In this document: positions 1-7,752 of the stretch, piece after piece
Position numbering within the stretch: position 1 is the first letter of the stretch
How the letters are laid out: the number at the start of each line of letters is the position of its first letter
Virus genome (UHGV): UHGV-0157529
Reading direction: 5' to 3' (one strand)
Source: a virus
Length of the DNA stretch: 46,733 bases
Translations under genes and position numbers: made by a program
Notes under the pieces: model-generated
Database searches by the model: none
What the model saw: only the letters and a program-made list of their open reading frames with translations
Told to the model about the DNA's origin: nothing

Positions 1-612
1 CCAGCCTCGGACGACCGCCGATGGTCTGCCGCCATGCCGGGAGTGCGGGAGCAACGAGGCAGTGTACAGCCCGTCGCGGATAGCAAAAAAGGACTGGATA
101 TGCAACCAGTGCCTACGCAGACGCCATCGGGCAGCCAAAAAAGAGCGTATTCAACGGGGACAATAGCCGATGTCCAAAAACTCATCAGCGGCTGGGCCGA
201 CCGCACTTTCCCTGATCGAACCATCGGTGAAGCAATCCTCAAGCTTAAAAAGGAGCTGGCCGAGCTTGACACTGCTGGCTACCTTGACGCGGGGGAGTTT
301 GCGGATGTCGCCATACTACTGCTCGATATCGCCCAGCTTGCCGGAATCGACATCGCCACCGCAGTGGCAAACAAGATGACTATCAATGAACGCCGTGTGT
401 GGAAGCGCCTTGAAGACGGCACACATCAGCATGTTGTCGATGGGGGTCGTACTGACGGGGTTGACCCGATTATTAGACGAATCAGTCTTGGAGATGTGGA
501 CCCAGTCAACCACAACGTAGAATCCCATCTCTGTGTCGTCTGCGGACGCAGATTCCCTTCTGAAAGCAGCAGAGCAACCCATTACCAGAACGAACACGGG
601 AGAAAGAAATGA
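1..612 (+). CDS. MazG-like nucleoside triphosphate pyrophosphohydrolase domain protein with a C-terminal C2H2-like zinc finger. The reading frame is open from nt 1 (first in-window ATG at 34; SD-backed ATG at 100), so it is probably 5'-truncated by the window edge and continuous with the ORF at 46461-46733.
   Basis: Translation carries MazG-family motifs (WADRTFPDRT...AILKLKKELAELD...EFADVAILLLDIAQLAGIDIATAV...RRVWKRL). The C-terminus HLCVVCGRRFPSESSRATHYQNEH fits C-x2-C-x12-H-x4-H. No stop occurs between nt 1 and 33 in this frame. Its TGA overlaps the next start (ATGA at 609). Confidence 0.6.
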   Translation, partial: PASDDRRWSAAMPGVREQRGSVQPVADSKKGLDMQPVPTQTPSGSQKRAYSTGTIADVQKLISGWADRTFPDRTIGEAILKLKKELAELDTAGYLDAGEFADVAILLLDIAQLAGIDIATAVANKMTINERRVWKRLEDGTHQHVVDGGRTDGVDPIIRRISLGDVDPVNHNVESHLCVVCGRRFPSESSRATHYQNEHGRKK

Positions 613-1211
613 AGATGACCCCCCGCGACCTGATGCGCGCCCAATATGTGAATCGCTGGCAGATAGTGCCGACATCTCGACCGCAGAACGTAGCGCAGCA
701 CTCATGGGCGGTGGCTATGCTGGCCATGGACCTGTGGTGTCGCCGGACTGGTGGCCAACCCGGCGAGGCAGCCACCGATGTAGAGCTGGGCAGAATAGCT
801 GTTATGGCTCTGTGGCACGATGCCCCGGAGGTCTTCACAGGTGATATCAACACACCGACCAAGATTTATCTAGAAGCAGGCCGCCGACTGGCCAACCTTG
901 AGATGACCGCTGGCCGCGCCTATGTGAACGCTGTAGGCGCTGGCGACACCACGGACGACGAGCATGACTTGTTGGTCCGGGTGGTGAAGATTGCCGACTT
1001 CCTCGAAGCTATGTATTGGCTCATGGAACACGGCGAGGGCCACTACGCCAACGACCAGTTACATGGGCTAAATCAGCGTTTCAACGACTATCTGGAAAAA
1101 CACGCCCCCCTGTGGCGAAACGCAGCCTTGGAGCTATGGAAGGACTTAAGCGACGTGAACGCAGAAACAACCACCTTCCAGCGCGTAAACCGTTTGATGG
1201 CGGGAAGCTGA
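609..1211 (+). CDS. HD-domain phosphohydrolase, YfbR-like 5'-deoxynucleotidase family (DatZ-like dATP/dAMP hydrolase candidate)
   Basis: Motifs QNVAQHSWAVAMLAM and ALWHDAPEVFTGDINTPTKIY match the YfbR H...HD...D signature. It is translationally coupled to the upstream gene (ATGA) and the downstream gene (TGATG). Confidence 0.7.
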   Translation: MKMTPRDLMRAQYVNRWQIVPTSRPQNVAQHSWAVAMLAMDLWCRRTGGQPGEAATDVELGRIAVMALWHDAPEVFTGDINTPTKIYLEAGRRLANLEMTAGRAYVNAVGAGDTTDDEHDLLVRVVKIADFLEAMYWLMEHGEGHYANDQLHGLNQRFNDYLEKHAPLWRNAALELWKDLSDVNAETTTFQRVNRLMAGS

Positions 1212-1636
1212 TGAGAAAAGAAGAACAGAAGATGTGGGACCGCCTCCGCCCGAAGCTCCAAGCGCTCGGGGTGAGGTATGACCGGGTCGAGAGCCCGGCC
1301 ACCGCGCCCGACTTCCCGGACCTCGCTTACACGTGGGGTCGCCGTCACGGGTTCATCGAGCTAAAAGCCACGGAAATCGATGACAAGGGCCGTCTGGACC
1401 TGCGGCATTTCACCGCTGGTCAGCGGCGTTGGCTCCGCAACCGCGCCCCCGGTGGCGCTACGTGGCTCCTCATCAGGGTGTATGCCCCAGATGAGATGTG
1501 GATTGTGCTTAAGGGCACGCTCGCATTTGCAATCTCCGAGCGCCCGACCATGCTCGACCTCGAACCGTTTACCTATCTGACCCTTAATGGAGGAGTGACC
1601 CCCGAATGGCTCCGACAGTGGCTCTTGCAGGCATAG
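1211..1636 (+). CDS. hypothetical protein with a PD-(D/E)xK / VRR-NUC-like nuclease motif
   Basis: Start codon overlaps the upstream stop (TGATG). The sequence PDFPDLAYTWGRRHGFIELKATE resembles the D...E.K nuclease core. Third codon positions are GC-rich. Confidence 0.45.
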   Translation: MRKEEQKMWDRLRPKLQALGVRYDRVESPATAPDFPDLAYTWGRRHGFIELKATEIDDKGRLDLRHFTAGQRRWLRNRAPGGATWLLIRVYAPDEMWIVLKGTLAFAISERPTMLDLEPFTYLTLNGGVTPEWLRQWLLQA

Positions 1637-1935
1637 CCCTATTCCCGGTGGAGGCCGGGAACTTCACCTCACCATCCTCGACGGCTGAGATGGCCACCCA
1701 CACCCCGCTGGCTGACTTCCTGACGTTCTGGAAGGGTATACCTTTGGACGTCGAGAAAGAGCTCCGGGGTATCAGTACCGACTGGGATTCTAAAGGCAGG
1801 CTATATCACCCCACCATCGACGGGCCGGGGACCACTCTGGCGCACGTGATGCCCTTCCTGACCCCCGCTTGCCAAAGCCAGATACATGCTCTGCTAGCCG
1901 TCCACTATTACGGGTTGTTCGGTGCTACGCCATAA
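1606..1935 (+). CDS. hypothetical protein (weak call; overlaps the 3' end of the previous gene by 30 nt)
   Basis: 109-codon ORF preceded by GGAGG about 13 nt upstream. No recognisable motif. Confidence 0.25.
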   Translation: MAPTVALAGIALFPVEAGNFTSPSSTAEMATHTPLADFLTFWKGIPLDVEKELRGISTDWDSKGRLYHPTIDGPGTTLAHVMPFLTPACQSQIHALLAVHYYGLFGATP

Positions 1936-1939
1936 TATA

Positions 1940-1968
1940 TTGACAAAGGGCCCCAACCATGTTATAAT
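1940..1968 (+). promoter_or_regulatory. sigma70-type promoter cassette P1 (TTGACA-17-TGtTATAAT), followed by a GC hairpin (1979-1996) and the GGAGATAGAGAGATG leader
   Basis: Perfect -35 and -10 hexamers with a 17-bp spacer and an extended TGn. The same cassette recurs at least 9 more times in the window. Confidence 0.75.
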
Positions 1969-2021
1969 ATAGTTTCTAGGGGCGAGGCCCCGCCCCAACA
2001 GAGCAACCCGGAGATAGAGAG

Positions 2022-2912
2022 ATGAGCAAAGCAATCGTAGACAACAAGCTGGTGGAAGTGACTATGGTTAACGGCGGCTGGACCACCTACGTGGACCACA
2101 ACGGTGCAACCCGCAAAATCCGCAACAGCCAAGTGAACTCCACCCCCGCTGATGTGGCGGCGCTGGAAGCACTGGCCGAAGCTGGTGACACCAGTGCACA
2201 GGACAAGCTGATTGCGGCATCTGACAAAAACCACCCGGTGCTGGACCTCGACGCGACCTTCAAGTGCGACCGCTGCGAAACCGAATTCCTGTCGCAGGAG
2301 GCCCTCGATGAGCACATCGCCGAACACGACGCACCGAAGCCGCGCAGTTCGATGGTGATGCTGCTGACTGGCGGCAAGAAGTCGGCAGAGGTGCTGGAAC
2401 GCCGCGCCGCAGCGAAGGAGCAGAAACGCATCGAGGAAAACACCAAGAAGCCGCGTATCACCCGCTCCAACCTTGTTGCTGTTACCCGCTGCCCGGAGTG
2501 CGGCGGTGACGTGGCGCACCCTGACGACGGTTTGGCGAATTGCAAAGCGTGTGACTGGGAAGTGGATTTCACCGACAAAGAAGCGAAGATAGTGCCAGAT
2601 ATGACCCGCTACACCGTGGGCAAGGGTACGACTGTGACCGGGCGTAAAACCATCGACATCGACGACTACGTAGCCGACAAGCTGCGCGGTCTCGACCTCG
2701 AAGAGATTTACTCCTATACCGCAGCAGTGCTAGCCGAGCTGGGTGTCGAATACATAGGCACAGGCAGCAAGAAAATGCATTGCGGGCTGGGCGACCTGAA
2801 AGCCCGCTACAACCACCTGAACGTAGGGATGCAGCGTATGAACCTCGGAAACCTGCTCCGTGGCACGATGCGCCGTCTCGGAATGGAAACCCTGCCAGAG
2901 GTAGACGCATGA
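2022..2912 (+). CDS. early protein carrying a classical C2H2 zinc finger and a CxxC...CxxC zinc ribbon (putative nucleic-acid-binding regulator)
   Basis: FKCDRCETEFLSQEALDEHIAEH matches F-x-C-x2-C-x3-F-x5-L-x2-H-x3-H exactly. CPECGGDVAHPDDGLANCKAC is a zinc ribbon. First gene downstream of P1; GC3-rich. Confidence 0.7.
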   Translation: MSKAIVDNKLVEVTMVNGGWTTYVDHNGATRKIRNSQVNSTPADVAALEALAEAGDTSAQDKLIAASDKNHPVLDLDATFKCDRCETEFLSQEALDEHIAEHDAPKPRSSMVMLLTGGKKSAEVLERRAAAKEQKRIEENTKKPRITRSNLVAVTRCPECGGDVAHPDDGLANCKACDWEVDFTDKEAKIVPDMTRYTVGKGTTVTGRKTIDIDDYVADKLRGLDLEEIYSYTAAVLAELGVEYIGTGSKKMHCGLGDLKARYNHLNVGMQRMNLGNLLRGTMRRLGMETLPEVDA

Positions 2913-3235
2913 AAGCAAGAACAACAGAGGGCCAGTTCATGGAGCTGGCCTCCGCTCTGACCAATCAGATGGCCGATGCCGGGGTGTTCTCCGGCCTCAA
3001 CTTCGAGATAGATCCCAAGGTGCGGTCTATCCGGTTCTCGACAAACAATGGGGTGGTGATGTACTACCCAGCATCGAATATCTGGCAATATAAGCAGATG
3101 ACGTTCGAATCCAATATGGCCGATTTCATCGACTGGATGAAAGAATTTTATGGAAACGACCGAATCAAGCGCGACCACCTGCGGGTTGGACCCACTCGCC
3201 GGGAGAGGGAGCGTAAGCGGCAGGGCACTCTCTAA
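2909..3235 (+). CDS. hypothetical protein
   Basis: ATGA overlap with the upstream gene; 108 aa (MKARTTEGQF...). Confidence 0.5.
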   Translation: MKARTTEGQFMELASALTNQMADAGVFSGLNFEIDPKVRSIRFSTNNGVVMYYPASNIWQYKQMTFESNMADFIDWMKEFYGNDRIKRDHLRVGPTRRERERKRQGTL

Positions 3236-3238
3236 ATA

Positions 3239-3267
3239 TTGACAGCGCCCCCAACTTATGATATAAT
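3239..3267 (+). promoter_or_regulatory. sigma70-type promoter cassette P2 (TTGACA-17-TGaTATAAT) plus GC-rich element and GGAGATATAGAGATG leader
   Basis: Consensus hexamers with 17-bp spacer; the spacer carries the shared CCCCCAACTTATG sequence. Confidence 0.7.
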
Positions 3268-3312
3268 AAAATTTCAGGGGGCGGGGGCCCTCGGCAAACC
3301 GGAGATATAGAG

Positions 3313-3570
3313 ATGAACACAGTAAACCTGCACGAAGTGATGACCGAGGATGGCGTCAGCACCGACGTCAATGCATGCGTGGGCCTCCGCCGCGTTGACG
3401 GAAAAGAGTGGCATCATGGTCGTCTGTTCACTGGCGGCTTCCAATGTGTAGGTGACGAGGAAGTCGGATACCACGATATCTACGTGAGCGCAGCGTCCCA
3501 AGCCGAGGACCTCATAGAAAAAATCAAAGCCCGTGGCGTGGTAGACCTGCGCCACTGGGACGAAATCTGA
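3313..3570 (+). CDS. hypothetical protein
   Basis: Start sits at the end of the conserved leader. Followed by a UUCG-tetraloop hairpin (3579-3594). Confidence 0.6.
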   Translation: MNTVNLHEVMTEDGVSTDVNACVGLRRVDGKEWHHGRLFTGGFQCVGDEEVGYHDIYVSAASQAEDLIEKIKARGVVDLRHWDEI

Positions 3571-3607
3571 ACATCAACGGGGCCTTCGGGCCCCAAAGGA
3601 GACCGGA

Positions 3608-3835
3608 GTGGTAATTACTATCAAGGCAAAATCACCGGGCCGCTGGAACGTGTACCGCTCCGAGGGCCTGACAGCTAACGTCGCTGCTGGGCGTATCGTC
3701 CGCACTCAATCGCTGGGCGCGGTTAAAGCATATTACTTCGACCTAGAAGAACGCCGCCACGACCTCGGCTCCCTGCCGCGCGACTGGCCAAACCAAGTGA
3801 AGAAAATCCTCAAAACGGAGAGCAACCATGACTAA
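3608..3835 (+). CDS. hypothetical protein (GTG start)
   Basis: AAGGAG lies 6 nt upstream of the GTG start. Confidence 0.4.
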   Translation: MVITIKAKSPGRWNVYRSEGLTANVAAGRIVRTQSLGAVKAYYFDLEERRHDLGSLPRDWPNQVKKILKTESNHD

Positions 3836-4694
3836 GCAACACGAGTTAATCAAGGCCGTCACTGTGTACGGTCTCATGCAGTCGGTGAGCGAAATCCTGA
3901 ACGATCGCTTTACGTCCAATGGCCGCACCCTCAATGACAATAGCTGGCGCACCTGTAATGCGTACAGCCTCGAAGAGGGTTTCTGGAAGGCCGTACGCGA
4001 CCGCGATTTCGGGTCGGTGCTGACCTACTCCGCCATGCTGGCCGGGCGTGGCCGCAACGTGGCCGATTTAATCATGGATAGCATCGACACACTGTCAGAA
4101 AGAATCGGGAGAATGGAGACCGTAGCCGCCACCAACAGGGATACTATCCGTCTGCAGCGTACCACTATCGAGCAGCATGAAAAGACCATCGCCGACCTGC
4201 GGGCCAAGCTGGGCGGCGATACGGTATCTGCGCCGGGGCCTTATCAACACCTCGGGTGTGGGGTAGCCCTTGAGTCAGAGCGCATCCCAGAACTCTGCTA
4301 TTCGGTCGAGACCGTATGCGGTGAGCTGGTGGAGACCATCGTCATTCAGGGTGACCCGGCGGCGGTGAAAGATTTGGTGCAGGCCGTACGCGCAGAGCAT
4401 ACCACCTGCACGGGGCCGAGCGGCGACGTTAGCGTCACCTTGGATTCATTAAAGACGAAAGAAGACCCGATAATTGCCGGGACGGTGGCCGCTGCGGTGG
4501 CCGATATATACGGCAATAAGCGCATCGATCCTAAGGTAGAGATGGCCAAGGCGTGGCATGGTGGGGAATATGGTGCTGTGGTAAGCGCTATGGCAGCCCT
4601 CCACGACGCCGGGAAGGACCCTGTGGCGTTCATTAAGCGCATGAAGAACGTGGCAGTTCCGCCCGACAACGACGAAGCGGTACGACAGGCGTAA
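3828..4694 (+). CDS. hypothetical protein
   Basis: 288 aa; overlaps the previous stop. A bidirectional terminator follows. Confidence 0.6.
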   Translation: MTKQHELIKAVTVYGLMQSVSEILNDRFTSNGRTLNDNSWRTCNAYSLEEGFWKAVRDRDFGSVLTYSAMLAGRGRNVADLIMDSIDTLSERIGRMETVAATNRDTIRLQRTTIEQHEKTIADLRAKLGGDTVSAPGPYQHLGCGVALESERIPELCYSVETVCGELVETIVIQGDPAAVKDLVQAVRAEHTTCTGPSGDVSVTLDSLKTKEDPIIAGTVAAAVADIYGNKRIDPKVEMAKAWHGGEYGAVVSAMAALHDAGKDPVAFIKRMKNVAVPPDNDEAVRQA

Positions 4695-4707
4695 TCTTTT
4701 GTAAAAC

Positions 4708-4734
4708 GGCGGGGGCTAACGCCCCCGTTCTTGT
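4708..4734. terminator. rho-independent terminator, apparently bidirectional
   Basis: Stem CGGGGGC / GCCCCCG (7 bp) with loop TAAC, flanked by TTTTGTAAAA on the 5' side and TTCTTGT on the 3' side. Confidence 0.6.
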
Positions 4735-4758
4735 AGACGACAACTAAAGGCAATAGGT

Positions 4759-5190
4759 ATGAAACCCATCCGACATATCCAGCAGTGGGACCAGCGCTCG
4801 TGCGTGGCCGCTTGCCTCCTCATGATGACCGATTTGGAGACCATACCGGAGCTTAGGACGGCCATAGACAAATTGTACAAGCGCTCGGGCAATATCCACG
4901 CGTGCTGCAGCCTCCTGAGCATCCCGGCGAGGACCGTGAACTGGCCAGCCGGGCAGTGGATTGAGGAGGGCGGCATCTATCTGGTGTATGCCGTGAAGGA
5001 CACCGAGTTCCACGCCCTCATCGTCGATTGCCGCGGCAGTGAGCCCGTGGTGCATGACCCCGCTCGCGGCTGGGGCGACGGCGAGTTCGTCTGGGACGAC
5101 CCGGAGCCGTGTTCCGGCCAGAGGGTGCTGAAAAACAGCATGTACCTCCCGGCCCTCCGCTTTATGGACAAGAACTGGTACAATCATTAG
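4759..5190 (+). CDS. putative papain-like (C39-like) cysteine peptidase domain protein
   Basis: QQWDQRSCVAACLLMM resembles the Q...C-x-A-C-L-x-M motif of C39 peptidases. A downstream His (EFHALIV) is present. Confidence 0.4.
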   Translation: MKPIRHIQQWDQRSCVAACLLMMTDLETIPELRTAIDKLYKRSGNIHACCSLLSIPARTVNWPAGQWIEEGGIYLVYAVKDTEFHALIVDCRGSEPVVHDPARGWGDGEFVWDDPEPCSGQRVLKNSMYLPALRFMDKNWYNH

Positions 5191-5204
5191 GGTAAAGACG
5201 ACTA

Positions 5205-5233
5205 TTGACTCGGGCCCCAACCTGTAGTATAAT
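5205..5233 (+). promoter_or_regulatory. sigma70-type promoter cassette P3 (TTGACT-17-TATAAT) plus hairpin GGCCCCGCTGTGGGGCC and leader GGAGATACAGAGATG
   Basis: Hexamers with a 17-bp spacer. Confidence 0.65.
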
Positions 5234-5275
5234 GTACGTAAGGCCCCGCTGTGGGGCCAGTGCGGAGATACAGAG

Positions 5276-5644
5276 ATGAAAAGAATAACGGCAATATTGA
5301 TAGCATCGGCGGCTTTCATTGGGTGTTCATATGTAGGCGGTGCTAGCGCAAGAACCCTCCCGGACTGCGAAGCGATAGCTGCCAGCTACTTCGACAAGCA
5401 TCTTGGTGGCAAGTACGCCAGCATCCGGGACTTCATCGTAGACCAAGACGCGGAAGTATGTGGAATGGGGGCGACATTCAAAAAGAGCGGGGCGACCGAG
5501 GCCGAGGCCGCGAAGTTCCTCGACAAGGTGCGTGCTGCGGGTCTCGCGAAGGCGGTAACGAAGCGCGAGATGGACGAGACCGTCGAAGTGATTAACCGTA
5601 AAAGCGTGATGTTCATGGCCGGATTTAGGGGATACGTCGAATGA
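5276..5644 (+). CDS. secreted / lipoprotein-like early protein
   Basis: The N-terminus MKRITAILIASAAFIGCSYVGGASA looks like a signal peptide, with either a lipobox-like FIGC or an SPase I site ASA. Confidence 0.55.
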   Translation: MKRITAILIASAAFIGCSYVGGASARTLPDCEAIAASYFDKHLGGKYASIRDFIVDQDAEVCGMGATFKKSGATEAEAAKFLDKVRAAGLAKAVTKREMDETVEVINRKSVMFMAGFRGYVE

Positions 5645-5964
5645 AAATCCAGAACATCCTCTCCACTCGCGGGAACGACTTCACGGCCAAGATGGTCTGT
5701 GAGTACTGCGGTGCTACCGCTGTACTGAGCGACGGCTATCACGACGCCTTCTACCACAACCACGTAATACCCTGTATCAACTGCCCAGTCTGCGACCAGA
5801 ACCACTACGGGGAGTCTACCGAGCTCGGTGAAGTCCGCAAGCGCCGCGAGCACGTAAATGGTGCAGCCACCCTTAAAGAGGTGATGTCATACAACAAGCC
5901 GCCCCGCGCCGAAGAACGCGAGGACGAAGAAGGCAAACTGCTGAAAAACAGAGGGACATACTAA
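5641..5964 (+). CDS. Cys-rich putative zinc-binding protein
   Basis: CEYCG...CINCPVCDQ motifs. ATGA coupling to the previous gene. Confidence 0.5.
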   Translation: MKIQNILSTRGNDFTAKMVCEYCGATAVLSDGYHDAFYHNHVIPCINCPVCDQNHYGESTELGEVRKRREHVNGAATLKEVMSYNKPPRAEEREDEEGKLLKNRGTY

Positions 5965-6359
5965 TGAGCGAGAAACACAACCCAGTGCTGTACGGCACAC
6001 TCGACCAGACCAACCCGGTCGGCCTACCCGGTGGCACTCCGGCCCTGACGACCCTGCTGTACAGGGTCTGTGACCAGAACAACGATAAGTTCGACGAGGC
6101 TTGCCGCTTAATCTGCCTGTTCCTCGACAAAAAAGCCGAGCTGGACGGCGAGCCGCTCAAGAAGCTGGAACGTTTGATGGGATATGTGCAGAACGGGACA
6201 GACGGTATTATCAGCCTGTTCCAAGACGATGCGACCATGGACTATGGTATAAGTCACCGCGCTCCCGGCAAGGCGACCAACGACTGGACGGCATATGGTA
6301 AATCGCTGACCGGGGCCATCAACAAAGCATATAACGAGCATAAGGATGACTGCGAATGA
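5964..6359 (+). CDS. hypothetical protein
   Basis: 131-aa ORF; TAATG overlap with the previous gene. Confidence 0.5.
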   Translation: MSEKHNPVLYGTLDQTNPVGLPGGTPALTTLLYRVCDQNNDKFDEACRLICLFLDKKAELDGEPLKKLERLMGYVQNGTDGIISLFQDDATMDYGISHRAPGKATNDWTAYGKSLTGAINKAYNEHKDDCE

Positions 6360-6793
6360 AAAAACATAGCGCATGGCAGAAGGACCGCAACCGGGTCCGC
6401 CGCCTCAACCGTGAAGTAAAGGCCATCGTTCGCCGCGACGACGCGCGGGCCGAATGGTTCAACAGCCGCCACGCCTTTATGCTGGAGGAGAACCGTAGGA
6501 ATTGCCTACCCGGTGGGTGTTGGTTTATCTGTCCCGGCCACTATACCGACCAATGGCCAAGCGTAGATGATATGTTTATCGAGGTGACACACGGTGACTT
6601 AGATGATTCCGGAAACTGGGACGTGCCCGAGGGCCTGTATGTGGTGCGCCGTGTGGCCCACGAGAGCCTGTTCGATAAACTACTGAATGTCACCGATGTT
6701 AACACTGGCCACAACTACCATCTGTGGTTCCCACGTCAGGGCCATCGCGTAGTGTCCTGTGGCGAGGTAGGGGAAACACCATGGCTGGATTAA
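6356..6793 (+). CDS. hypothetical protein
   Basis: 145-aa ORF; ATGA overlap with the previous gene. Confidence 0.5.
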   Translation: MKKHSAWQKDRNRVRRLNREVKAIVRRDDARAEWFNSRHAFMLEENRRNCLPGGCWFICPGHYTDQWPSVDDMFIEVTHGDLDDSGNWDVPEGLYVVRRVAHESLFDKLLNVTDVNTGHNYHLWFPRQGHRVVSCGEVGETPWLD

Positions 6794-7245
6794 TGGTAAC
6801 GATCGCCATCATCAAGGTGGTGTGCTATGGTCTAGCGCTTGGGGCGCTGCTCGTTATGGCGCTGCTGGGCCTGACCATGTTGGGCGGCACTCTGGCGCGG
6901 GGCTGGGACATCGTGGTCCAAAGGCTGGTGGTCGCCCTGCAAAAGCTCATCCCGCGCGACTGGGCCAAGGAAAAGCGAAAGGAGGGTATTGTCTTCTGCT
7001 CCGAGGTCTGGTACTATTTGCCAGTGGCCGCCCGGTGGATAACCCTCGACCGTTGGGGCCTAGTCCAGTGCTGGCAGGCTAAGCCGACGTACTGTCCTGA
7101 GGACGGTGAATGGTACAGCCACCAGCTAAACCCTCCACATGATGTGGGTAGTATGAGCGACGAATGGATGGCCCCCTATGCATGGCTGACTGAGCCGCCG
7201 ATACAGGCCCTGCCGGAAGACATCTATGAAATCGACGAAGCGTGA
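6793..7245 (+). CDS. membrane protein (alternative start at 6781)
   Basis: Hydrophobic N-terminal region VTIAIIKVVCYGLALGALLVMALLGLTMLGG. TAATG overlap with the previous gene. Confidence 0.45.
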   Translation: MVTIAIIKVVCYGLALGALLVMALLGLTMLGGTLARGWDIVVQRLVVALQKLIPRDWAKEKRKEGIVFCSEVWYYLPVAARWITLDRWGLVQCWQAKPTYCPEDGEWYSHQLNPPHDVGSMSDEWMAPYAWLTEPPIQALPEDIYEIDEA

Positions 7246-7552
7246 CGCACTCTTTAAACGTGCAGCCGCACCTAAACCAAAATTCGCCCGTGGGACGCGG
7301 GCATCCTTTCAGTCATGCATCGACCCGAACATCAACGGGACGGGGCTGGTGGTGGAAGCGAAATATTTCCCCAAGGACGGGCGTTTCCTTTACACCGTGG
7401 AGCGTGAGGTCGCCGGGTCGGTCCAGCGGTACACGTTCTTCGAGGAGGAGATGGCCAAACCGAGTGACCCTAACTTCAAGGACAGAAGACAAATAACGCT
7501 CGACCTGTGCGAGCACATCTACGACGATCATACCAGAGATTTAGAGATATGA
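7226..7552 (+). CDS. hypothetical protein
   Basis: 108-aa ORF. Confidence 0.45.
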   Translation: MKSTKRDALFKRAAAPKPKFARGTRASFQSCIDPNINGTGLVVEAKYFPKDGRFLYTVEREVAGSVQRYTFFEEEMAKPSDPNFKDRRQITLDLCEHIYDDHTRDLEI

Positions 7553-7752
7553 AACCTGAATACATCGCATATGGCATCTACGTCTACATGATTATTGGCT
7601 TTTGCTTGTGGCTATGGGCCTTTGTTGACGACGCTGTCACCGGGAACCGTCACCGTGGCGGCATAGTAGTGACTATCTCCACGCTGGTGGCCATGCTGCT
7701 AGGCTGGCCGTTCCTTGTGGCGGACCTGACGAAGTCACGGGGGCGAAGATGA
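7549..7752 (+). CDS. small membrane protein
   Basis: ATGA overlap with the previous gene and preceded by GAGATTTAGAGATATG. The translation MKPEYIAYGIYVYMIIGFCLWLWAFV is hydrophobic. Confidence 0.45.
   Translation: MKPEYIAYGIYVYMIIGFCLWLWAFVDDAVTGNRHRGGIVVTISTLVAMLLGWPFLVADLTKSRGRR

Noticed and set aside
3165-3371. Minus-strand ORFs sharing the peptide LLYHKLG (3165-3371, 11289-11483, 13006-13212, 40016-40228)
   Set aside because: They are reverse-complement read-throughs of the repeated promoter cassette (TATAAT...TTGACA), not genes.
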